Positions 56,203 through 64,000 of a stretch of DNA of 64,000 bases are shown in pieces. Origin of the DNA: Verrucomicrobiia bacterium (GTDB lineage Bacteria > Verrucomicrobiota > Verrucomicrobiia > Limisphaerales > UBA11358). The notes beneath the pieces are model-generated. The model was not told where the DNA came from. It made no database searches and was given only the letters and a program-made list of their open reading frames with translations. The stretch is taken from positions 13,747-77,746 of the forward strand of contig DASYYL010000085.1 of assembly GCA_035933915.1 (NCBI GenBank). Reading direction: 5' to 3'. Both the position numbers and the translations under genes were made by a program. Each line of letters starts with the position of its first letter. The stretch's first letter is position 1.

Positions 56203-58644
56203 TTAACGGTTTTCCTCATCTGAAAGTTCCCATTTAACTCTTCCGGCAAGCGGATCATTGGCCAATTGAAACCTGCCGTCATTGAATTGCACTTCAAGCT
56301 TATGCAATTCAGTGTCTCCCGGAAGAAAAACCTGGCCGGCAGCCGTTAATGTGCCTTTTGCAAAAACATGCAGTTCAAGCTTTGACCAGTCCATAGCCTG
56401 GGTGCATTGCGCCAGTTGGATTTCAGGAATAATTGAGCCATCACGGACGAGGACGACGGCCGGAATTTCGCCGGCCCCGATCCGGTTCCATCCGCCGGAA
56501 TAACTTTTCCCGGCCTGAAAATCGTCCCATTTGCCCGGAGGCAAATAGACGTCCCGCGCGGTCTCATTTTCGCGCATCAGTGGCGCAACCAGAATATCCG
56601 AGCCAAACATATATTCGTCGTCGACTTGCCACGAGCCGGGATCGTCTGGAAACTCAACGAATAGAGCGCGCAACATCGGCAAACCGCGATCGCAACAGTC
56701 TTTGGCTTGCGCGTAGACGTAAGGCATGAGCCGGTACTTCATGTCGTCCACCCGCCGGAACTCATCCATAAAATCCTTGCCATAGTTCCATGGTTCCTTT
56801 GGCGCCTCCCCGTGGCAACGGCTATGCGAACTCAACATTCCAAATGCCAGCCAGCGCAGGTAAAGGTTTTTGTCCATGTCGGTCACGGAATCTGCGGTAA
56901 ATCCGCCAATGTCATGACTCCAAAAAGAAAAACCGCATAGCCCCAGCGAAAGGCCGCCGCGCAATTCGGCAGACATGCCCTGGTCTGTGCTCTCGGCGTC
57001 ACCACCCCAATGGATAGGATAACGCTGGCTGCCTGCCCAAGCGCTGCGCGCCCAAATGATGTTTTCACCGGTTAAGCGGCGGGTTATGTCCGCGACGGCT
57101 TTGTTGTAGCGAAGTGGATAAAGATTGTGCTCATAAAACCCTGTCCGCCCGTCAGCATATATCCCGTCCAGTGGCGCGGCTTCTCCGAAATCGGCCTTGA
57201 TCGCGCCAACTCCCATTTTCAGCAGAGTGGCCAAGTGGCCTTGATACCATTCGACGGTTCGGGGATTCGAGAAATCCAGCACGGCGTCTTCCTGCGGCAG
57301 ATTGCCTTTGCCGTCGAGCACAACCAGACCATTGGTCACGAGATCGTCGAACAGGGAATTTTTTGGGACGAAATACGGCAATTGCCACAGCGAAATGTGA
57401 AAACCTTCATCCTTCAAATCGGAAATCATCGCCCGGGGCGAAGGAAACCGATTTTGGGAGAACTGGTAATCGCAACGCCAATCGGTTTCGAACCAGCCGG
57501 TGTCCAGGTGAATCACGTCGCACGGAATCTGGTTTTCCCGCAATTTCGAGGCCACTTCGCGTACCTGGCCTTCATTGTTGTAAGTGCAGCGGCTCATCCA
57601 AAGGCCAAATGACCACAGCGGCGGAACTGGCGATCGGCCGGTCAATGCGGCGTATTCACCGAGAATGTCCTTTGGCGTGCCTAGAAAAATAAAAAGGTCC
57701 AATTTGTCGTCCCCTACGGTCAATGAGTTGATTCCGCTGAAGGAATGTCCGAAATCGCAGGTAATCGGGGTGCTGGTATGGATGAACATGCCGTAGCCAC
57801 GGCTGCTCATAAAGAACGGTATCGGCTTGTACATGCCTTGATTCTGGATGCCGTTGGCGTCGGTGGTCCACAACACGATTTTTTGCCCGCGCTTGTCCAA
57901 AGCCGTAAACGATTCTCCGCAGCCAAAGATTTTTTCGCCTGGCGAAAGCGTAAATACCGCGTCCATGCTTCGCGAATAATCCGATGCGCGGCGCACAAAC
58001 GAGAATGGAAGAACGGGTGTGAAGGTGGTGTTGTTATCCGAGGCGTGATCGGTCTGGGTCAACAAATTGCCATTGGCATCGCGAATTTCAATGTGCCACG
58101 GATTTGCCCGAATCGTCACCGAACCAAACCGGCTGGTGTAACGATAGCCGCCGGGGATTTTTTCATAGCGCCATGAGTGATCCGTGGGCACGGCGCCGTC
58201 AAGCATGAGTTCCTCCTGAGGTTTGTGAAATTGCGGCCCGCTGGTGATGCGCAGGCGAATGGTGCGTGGCGAAACAAACTGAATGGAAAAGGGCAAAGTT
58301 GGGTTGGCGGCGTATTCAGTGTCGGGAAATTCATTCGGACCGACCGGTTTGATGACAGCAAGCATGGTATCGAAGGCCTGGCGCGTGAAATACTGGGAGC
58401 GCTGCCACTGGATTTTTCCCTCGCCCGTGGCGGGATCGAAATCGGCCAGCCGGTCAGCCAGATAATAGACATTCGCCAGGTCATGAAAATCGCCGCTGAC
58501 GTCTACCGGGCTGTTCAGAAGCGGCGCTTGGAGTGCTGAAGCCTGAAACTGAAAAATCAGTCCGGCGAGCAAACCAATGACAATGATCCTGCCGCGATAA
58601 TCGGTCATATTGATTTTAAGTTGTCCTGTGACACCTGATGACAA
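56203..58644 (-). CDS. GH31-family alpha-glucosidase/alpha-xylosidase
   Basis: The motifs are IHLDTGWF, GVGAIKADFGE, HWGGDAES and FWSHDIGGF. An alternative start lies at MTDYRG (58608). Confidence 0.9.
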   Translation of the reverse strand: MSSGVTGQLKINMTDYRGRIIVIGLLAGLIFQFQASALQAPLLNSPVDVSGDFHDLANVYYLADRLADFDPATGEGKIQWQRSQYFTRQAFDTMLAVIKPVGPNEFPDTEYAANPTLPFSIQFVSPRTIRLRITSGPQFHKPQEELMLDGAVPTDHSWRYEKIPGGYRYTSRFGSVTIRANPWHIEIRDANGNLLTQTDHASDNNTTFTPVLPFSFVRRASDYSRSMDAVFTLSPGEKIFGCGESFTALDKRGQKIVLWTTDANGIQNQGMYKPIPFFMSSRGYGMFIHTSTPITCDFGHSFSGINSLTVGDDKLDLFIFLGTPKDILGEYAALTGRSPVPPLWSFGLWMSRCTYNNEGQVREVASKLRENQIPCDVIHLDTGWFETDWRCDYQFSQNRFPSPRAMISDLKDEGFHISLWQLPYFVPKNSLFDDLVTNGLVVLDGKGNLPQEDAVLDFSNPRTVEWYQGHLATLLKMGVGAIKADFGEAAPLDGIYADGRTGFYEHNLYPLRYNKAVADITRRLTGENIIWARSAWAGSQRYPIHWGGDAESTDQGMSAELRGGLSLGLCGFSFWSHDIGGFTADSVTDMDKNLYLRWLAFGMLSSHSRCHGEAPKEPWNYGKDFMDEFRRVDDMKYRLMPYVYAQAKDCCDRGLPMLRALFVEFPDDPGSWQVDDEYMFGSDILVAPLMRENETARDVYLPPGKWDDFQAGKSYSGGWNRIGAGEIPAVVLVRDGSIIPEIQLAQCTQAMDWSKLELHVFAKGTLTAAGQVFLPGDTELHKLEVQFNDGRFQLANDPLAGRVKWELSDEENR

Positions 58645-58845
58645 TAATGTAAAACGATAGGCTGAAATGGAAAACTATTTGCGGGAATTGTCTTGTCATC
58701 AAAATATATGACGGGTTTTTTGGGACTACTCGAATAACTATTGTGCGAAAGGCTTGTCTGGACTGGCTGGTGCTGTATTGTTGGCTGCCAGACACCATTC
58801 AGAGCTATGCCCTGCTGTATTAGTCTTTCCGTCTTTCGCCGGCGA

Positions 58846-61800
58846 ATGCTGACGACGTTGATAGGCCTTTGCCTGTGGCGTTTCTTACCGGCCGCGTCTG
58901 CGGCGCAATTCAATGACAATTACATTACCCGCACCTGGCAATCGGAACAAGGGCTGCCACAAAATAAAGTCACGGCGGTAATGCAGGCTGCCGACGGTTA
59001 TTTGTGGATTGGCACCTACAACGGCCTGGCACGGTTCGACGGGGTCCGCTTTACGGTTCTCGACCAGAATAACATGCCACAACTGCGCAGCAGCCGGATT
59101 ACGAGCTTGTTTGAATCGGAGGACGGTGCGCTTTGGATTGGCGCGGAAAGCGGCGATATTTCTCAATATAAAGGCGGCCGACTCACGGCCGTACCGTTAT
59201 ATGCCGATTGGAGCGGCGGGAAAATCTACGCGATCGCCGCTGATAATGCTGGTGATGTTTGGGTGGTGAACCAGTCTGGTGAATTGGCTCGAGTTCGAGA
59301 TGGCGAGGTTCTGTCACCTCCGTCCGGCGGAGTCTCTAACGTCATATCGGTGGCGCGCAGTCAGGAGGGGACCATTTGGATCGGGCGCGATGGCGCCGTC
59401 TCTGCCCTTAAAGACGGTCAAATGAGCGCCCCGGTTTTTACCAACCTCTATGTTCAGGGTTTCTGCGCCGCTCGGGGCGGCGGCTTTTGGGTAGCCTGTA
59501 GCGGAGGCGTTCGTAAATGGAAAGAGGGCAAATGGGTGGCGGATTTGGGCGCCGCGCCGTGGGGATGGAGCATCGTGCCAAGCCTAATGGAAACTTCTTC
59601 TGGTGTGCTCGCAGGCGGCACTTCGGGCGACGGCCTGTGGTTGATTTTTACGCGTTCCACCAACACGCCGCCATTACATTTTGACCGCGCCAATGGATTG
59701 CCGTCAGACTGGGTGATTTCATTGTGCGAAGACCGCGAGCAAAATTTGTGGTGTGGCACCGGTGAAGGACTGGTGCTCATTCGTCCAAGTATTGTTGCGA
59801 CGGTTTCGCCTCCCGATAAATGGCGGAGCTGCCCCGTGCTATCAGTCTTGCCGGCGTCGAACGGCACCCTTTGGGTAGGCACAGAGGGAGCGGGTTTGTA
59901 TCGTCTACAAAACGGCGAATGGACAAATTTCGACAATCCGCAAGGCATCCGGAATCCGTACGTTTGGTCGCTGGCCGCGGACAAGACCGGACGGATTTGG
60001 GCCGGGACATGGGGAGGTGGATTGTTTGAGCTGAAGGATGACAGGTTTGTGTTTGCTCCGGGCCTTGAAAACCTTCTCTCGCCGATGCCGGCCCTTCTAT
60101 TTTCAGGCGACTGCCTTTGGATAGGGACCCCGGGAGGCCCGGTACAGTATCATAATGGACAAATCCAACAAATTAGTAAATTGGATGGCAAGCCGTTTGG
60201 CGACACGCGCGTCATCGCAAAGGACCCGGCAGGCGGCCTTTGGTGCGGCACCGCGGGAAACGGCCTGGTGCTTCTTCGTGATGGAAAACTTCACCGATTT
60301 AAAACTTCGGATGGGCTGTCATCTGATTTCATTGAGTGCCTTTATTTTGGGGACGACAACGCATTGTGGATTGGCACGTTCGGGGGCGGATTGGACCGGT
60401 TCAAAGACGGAAAGTTTTCCGTCATTAGTCGCGCCGAGGGATTGCCCAATAGCGTTATCGGCCATATCGAATCGGATGGACTCGGATACTTTTGGATGAG
60501 CTCGTATGCCGGAATTTTCCGCGCGAGTGAAAAGGACTTGAATCTGTGCGCCAACGGAGAAGTAACAAACGTGTCATTCCTGACTTACGGTACCAGCGAA
60601 GGCATGCCGACGATTGAATGCTCCGAAGGCTTGCAGTCGGCCGGCTGCAAAACGCCCGATGGGCACCTGTGGTTTGCGACGGCAAAAGGACTAGTGTCCA
60701 TTTACCCACCGAATGTAACGACAAATTCTTTGCCGCCGCCCGTCGTCATTGAGTCCATGCTGATGGATGACCAGCCGTTCAGCGCGCCCTTCAACGTCCC
60801 TCCGGGAAAGCACCGCATCGAATTTGAATATACCGGCCTGAGTTTTGTTTCACCGGAAAAAGTGCAATTCAAATGCCGGCTAAACAACCTTGAAGCCGAA
60901 TGGGTGGATGCTGGAACAAAACGGACGGCCACCTACAATTACATTCCCCCTGGAAATTATTCATTTCAGGTAACCGCCTGCAACAATGACGGAGTATGGA
61001 ATCAGGCCGGCGCGAGCCTGTCCTTCAGCGTGCTGCCATTTTTCTGGCAAACGTTTTGGTTTCGCATGCTGACGGGAATTACGATTGTAACGGCCAGCAG
61101 CGGCCTGGCCTGGTTTGGGACTCGACGACGAATGCGGCGCAAACTCGAACGCCTCGAATGGCAGCGGGCGGTGGAGCATGAGCGGGCACGCATCGCTCAT
61201 GACATTCACGATGATTTGGGCGCCCACCTGACGCGCATCAGCATGTTGAGCGAAACCATTCAAACCGAAATGGACGAGCCGGAACGAGCCGTAGCCGGAC
61301 TTAACCAGATATACAAAACGGCGCACGAGCTGACTCGCGCCATGGATGAAATTGTCTGGGCGGTAAACCCGAGGCACGACACGTTGGAAGGGCTGACCAC
61401 TTATCTTGAAAGATTTGCCCAGGATTTGCTCGCCTCCGCGGGCATCCGCTGTCGTCTCGACATGCCCTCGGAGTTTCCGTCCTGGCGACTGACAGCTGAG
61501 GTGCGTCACAATGTTTTCCTGGCTTTCAAGGAAAGTCTCCACAACGTCGTCAAACATTCCGCCGCCTCTGAAACATTTATCCGGCTCGTGACCAGCCCCA
61601 GTTCCTTCGAATTGGTGGTTCGAGACAATGGCCGGGGTTTTTCATCCGGTGCCACCCGAAATTCGCCGGAACATTCAACCCGCATTTTTTCCGGAAATGG
61701 TTTGGAAAATATGGCGCGCCGAATGGATGCAATCGGTGGGCATTGCCGAATTGAATCGGCTCCCGGCCAGGGGACCACGGTTAGTTTCATAGTCCCGCTC

Positions 61801-61848
61801 AGGAAGTACGCGGCGTCAAGCTTTTCTGAAACAATACGCGGTCGATAA
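58846..61848 (+). CDS. Sensor histidine kinase with periplasmic two-component-regulator propeller / Y_Y_Y domains and a HisKA_3-HATPase core
   Basis: Repeated LWIGT/WVGT propeller motifs are followed by the Y_Y_Y region (YNYIPPGNYSFQV), a TM helix, the H-box HDIHDDLGAHLT and the G-box GNGLENM...GQGT. Confidence 0.88.
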   Translation: MLTTLIGLCLWRFLPAASAAQFNDNYITRTWQSEQGLPQNKVTAVMQAADGYLWIGTYNGLARFDGVRFTVLDQNNMPQLRSSRITSLFESEDGALWIGAESGDISQYKGGRLTAVPLYADWSGGKIYAIAADNAGDVWVVNQSGELARVRDGEVLSPPSGGVSNVISVARSQEGTIWIGRDGAVSALKDGQMSAPVFTNLYVQGFCAARGGGFWVACSGGVRKWKEGKWVADLGAAPWGWSIVPSLMETSSGVLAGGTSGDGLWLIFTRSTNTPPLHFDRANGLPSDWVISLCEDREQNLWCGTGEGLVLIRPSIVATVSPPDKWRSCPVLSVLPASNGTLWVGTEGAGLYRLQNGEWTNFDNPQGIRNPYVWSLAADKTGRIWAGTWGGGLFELKDDRFVFAPGLENLLSPMPALLFSGDCLWIGTPGGPVQYHNGQIQQISKLDGKPFGDTRVIAKDPAGGLWCGTAGNGLVLLRDGKLHRFKTSDGLSSDFIECLYFGDDNALWIGTFGGGLDRFKDGKFSVISRAEGLPNSVIGHIESDGLGYFWMSSYAGIFRASEKDLNLCANGEVTNVSFLTYGTSEGMPTIECSEGLQSAGCKTPDGHLWFATAKGLVSIYPPNVTTNSLPPPVVIESMLMDDQPFSAPFNVPPGKHRIEFEYTGLSFVSPEKVQFKCRLNNLEAEWVDAGTKRTATYNYIPPGNYSFQVTACNNDGVWNQAGASLSFSVLPFFWQTFWFRMLTGITIVTASSGLAWFGTRRRMRRKLERLEWQRAVEHERARIAHDIHDDLGAHLTRISMLSETIQTEMDEPERAVAGLNQIYKTAHELTRAMDEIVWAVNPRHDTLEGLTTYLERFAQDLLASAGIRCRLDMPSEFPSWRLTAEVRHNVFLAFKESLHNVVKHSAASETFIRLVTSPSSFELVVRDNGRGFSSGATRNSPEHSTRIFSGNGLENMARRMDAIGGHCRIESAPGQGTTVSFIVPLRKYAASSFSETIRGR

Positions 61849-62124
61849 TTGGCAAGGCAGCGTTTTTGAGAGCCGTAGACGGGCTTGTAGTCATTATTGA
61901 TGACATAGGCTTTCAAGGAAAATGGGGATATGATGCGTTATATTAAAAGGCCAATTCGAAAATTGACCGAACTTGAAGCGTCAAACCCTTGGGTCGGTTC
62001 CCGATTTGAGTGATTTTGAAAACAGCTTGCCTGTCTGCTTTGACTGGGCGCTTTCAAGCCACGTCATGAGTTGCTGGTGCAATTGAAAAGTGTTATGCTG
62101 AAAGAACAGGAAAAATCAGATGAA

Positions 62125-62784
62125 ATGCGCGTTGCTATTTCAATTGTAGAAGACGACGAGCCAATTCGTTCCATGTTGGCCGGGTGGATTCAACAGGCGT
62201 CGGGGTTCCGTTGCATGAGCAAACATGCGAGCGCTGAAAGCGCATTGGCCGCTTTGCCCGCGGAGAAACCCGACGTGGTCTTGATGGATATCAACCTGCC
62301 CGGCATCAGCGGCATCGAATGTGTGCGCAAGCTCAAGCCATTGCTGCCGGGCACTCAGTTCATTATGCTTACCATCTATGAGGATGGAGAACACATTTTC
62401 AATGCGCTCGCGGCGGGGGCCTGCGGCTATCTCCTTAAGCGCGTTTCACGCGCAGAACTGCTGGCGGCGGTGAGGGATGTCCAGTCGGGCGGGTCGCCGA
62501 TGAGCAGCAGCATTGCCCGAAAGGTTGTCCAGTCTTTCGAGCGGCCCGCCAATCAGTCCGGCGAAACAATGGAACTTTCCGCCCGCGAACGCGAAGTCCT
62601 GGAACTTTTGGCCCGCGGATACCTTTACAAGGAAATTGCCGATCTGCTCCATATCAGTGGCCCTACTGTAAATACGTACATCCGCCGCATTTACGAAAAA
62701 TTGCACGTTCGTTCCCGTTCCCAGGCGGTCGCCAAATTCACCCAGGTGCCCGGCGCCATCGGCGGGAGAGCGCGAGCACTCTAG
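62125..62784 (+). CDS. NarL/FixJ-family response regulator (REC plus LuxR HTH)
   Basis: VVLMDINLPG contains the phospho-acceptor Asp. LSAREREVLELLARGYLYKEIADLLHISGPTVNTYIRRIYEKL is the LuxR HTH. Alternative starts lie at 62071 and 62095. Confidence 0.9.
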   Translation: MRVAISIVEDDEPIRSMLAGWIQQASGFRCMSKHASAESALAALPAEKPDVVLMDINLPGISGIECVRKLKPLLPGTQFIMLTIYEDGEHIFNALAAGACGYLLKRVSRAELLAAVRDVQSGGSPMSSSIARKVVQSFERPANQSGETMELSAREREVLELLARGYLYKEIADLLHISGPTVNTYIRRIYEKLHVRSRSQAVAKFTQVPGAIGGRARAL

Positions 62785-62895
62785 TCTTAAGGCTGTGCCG
62801 CTCTGTCGTGTGTTTTGACGACAATGACTTTTCTCGACTTCGTTGCCCTTTCTATGAGAAACTAACTCTGCGAACCCATAAGTGTGTAAAAATCT

Positions 62896-64000
62896 ATGAA
62901 AAAAATCGCATTGTTCTCAATCGGAATACTGGCGTTTGGCGTGTTCAGCGCCAATGCGCAAAACATCGTAATCGCCGGCACATATAGTGATTGGACCAAT
63001 TGGAACGCAAGTCTCACAAATGGTTCATCAATAGTTACAGTCGCCGGAACGAATAACTTTTCCTATGGCGGCATAACGGTAAACGGCGTTGACAACCCAA
63101 CGGACGCGGGTGGCACGAGCGTTACGGGTGCGCTTGAAGTCAGTCCTTCTGTGCCGTGGAGTGAGTGGAACGGTGGGGCGATTTATCCGCCCGGAACCAC
63201 ATTGGCGACCTTTCAGGCTTTAGACGGGCCGTTTGCAACCTCAAGCGCGCTGGTCCAATATTCGGGCACGATGTATGTGACGTATACGATGCCGGACGAT
63301 GGCATTACCGGTTCATATTGGAACGGCATATTCGCTTTCTTTAACTATACGGGAAACTGGGGTCCTCAAGGCCCGTCTGACCACACAGATTTAGGCCCCG
63401 TGTCTACTCCCAGCGGAACTGAAGAACTATATGAGGACACTATCCCCTATACAATAAATGCCGTCCCCAGTTTGACCTATTTTCAGTGGGGCCTGGACCT
63501 CAACACGGACTACCAGGGGACAAATAATTGGTATATAACCAGCATTTCGGTGGCCCCGCCGCCCGTCACAGTGACTCCGCCAGCCGTTTACCAGCTTTAT
63601 ACGACGTCCAATGACTTTGCATCTTTTGCCGCCGACAGCGGGACTATCATTATGGCCACCAATGATTTCTACGTTACCAACAGTATTGATGACATTAATG
63701 GCAATGGCAACACAAACGCCGGCGGGATCGGCGCCAGCGGCGCCCCCGGCTCACTGTTGATATATTGGGACAGCGGTTTAACGGGCTATGGCAACATAGC
63801 CAGCGGGCCGGATGAGGAACAGAATAATACATTCATGCAGACCATAGACCCCGGCTGCAATACTAACACTGAAGGTTCCGTTCCAGCTTACGGGTTCATT
63901 TATATAGATTACTCAGTGCCGGCCAGTGGAGGGGGAACCTATTTCGAATTAGGCGCACAACTGTCATACAATGCCAATGGTTATTACGGCAACGGTCCGT
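62896..64000 (+). CDS. Secreted protein of unknown function, 3'-partial (runs off the window)
   Basis: The ATG at 62896 begins a signal peptide (MKKIALFSIGILAFGVFSANA). The frame stays open to the window end. It is absent from the ORF track because it has no stop. Confidence 0.6.
   Translation, partial: MKKIALFSIGILAFGVFSANAQNIVIAGTYSDWTNWNASLTNGSSIVTVAGTNNFSYGGITVNGVDNPTDAGGTSVTGALEVSPSVPWSEWNGGAIYPPGTTLATFQALDGPFATSSALVQYSGTMYVTYTMPDDGITGSYWNGIFAFFNYTGNWGPQGPSDHTDLGPVSTPSGTEELYEDTIPYTINAVPSLTYFQWGLDLNTDYQGTNNWYITSISVAPPPVTVTPPAVYQLYTTSNDFASFAADSGTIIMATNDFYVTNSIDDINGNGNTNAGGIGASGAPGSLLIYWDSGLTGYGNIASGPDEEQNNTFMQTIDPGCNTNTEGSVPAYGFIYIDYSVPASGGGTYFELGAQLSYNANGYYGNGP

Overview
The window is 64 kb of a moderately GC-rich bacterial chromosome. 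The gene content (sulfatase, many glycoside hydrolases, autotransporter-associated beta-strand repeat and prepilin-like fragments, GYF_2/TM2 and RRM proteins) suggests Verrucomicrobiota or a related PVC-group organism, but this is inference only. Core genes include clpC, dps, ogt, gluconokinase, a YqgE/AlgH protein, an MFS transporter, a nitroreductase, two serine hydrolases, a sulfatase and a phosphoesterase. A polysaccharide-utilisation region at 47-63 kb carries GH29, GH39 and GH31 enzymes, an AraC regulator, a propeller-type sensor kinase with a LuxR regulator, and a GDP-mannose-3,5-epimerase / GHMP-kinase / cytidylyltransferase operon. All three tRNA genes sit next to foreign DNA. (1) tRNA-Pro(GGG) at 9705-9782 abuts a tyrosine integrase, and the island to its left runs off the window start. 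That island carries a translationally coupled serine-recombinase / ParB / RepB-like module. It also carries the most interesting locus in the window: a four-gene ubiquitin-like conjugation operon (triple beta-grasp Ubl, E2, JAB/MPN+ peptidase, E1) with a divergent XRE regulator, which resembles Bil/ISG15-like antiphage systems. (2) tRNA-Leu(GAG) at 14545-14629 has a 30-nt copy of its 3' end at 26118-26147. The pair brackets an 11.5 kb integrase-less segment that contains an orphan GGDEF-like protein, an excisionase-type HTH protein, a cytoplasmic trypsin-like protease pair and several gene remnants. (3) tRNA-Ser(GGA) at 45155-45243 is followed by a frameshifted IS110-family transposase. Several short dispersed or phased repeat families lie in intergenic regions. 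No CRISPR array or rRNA was seen.
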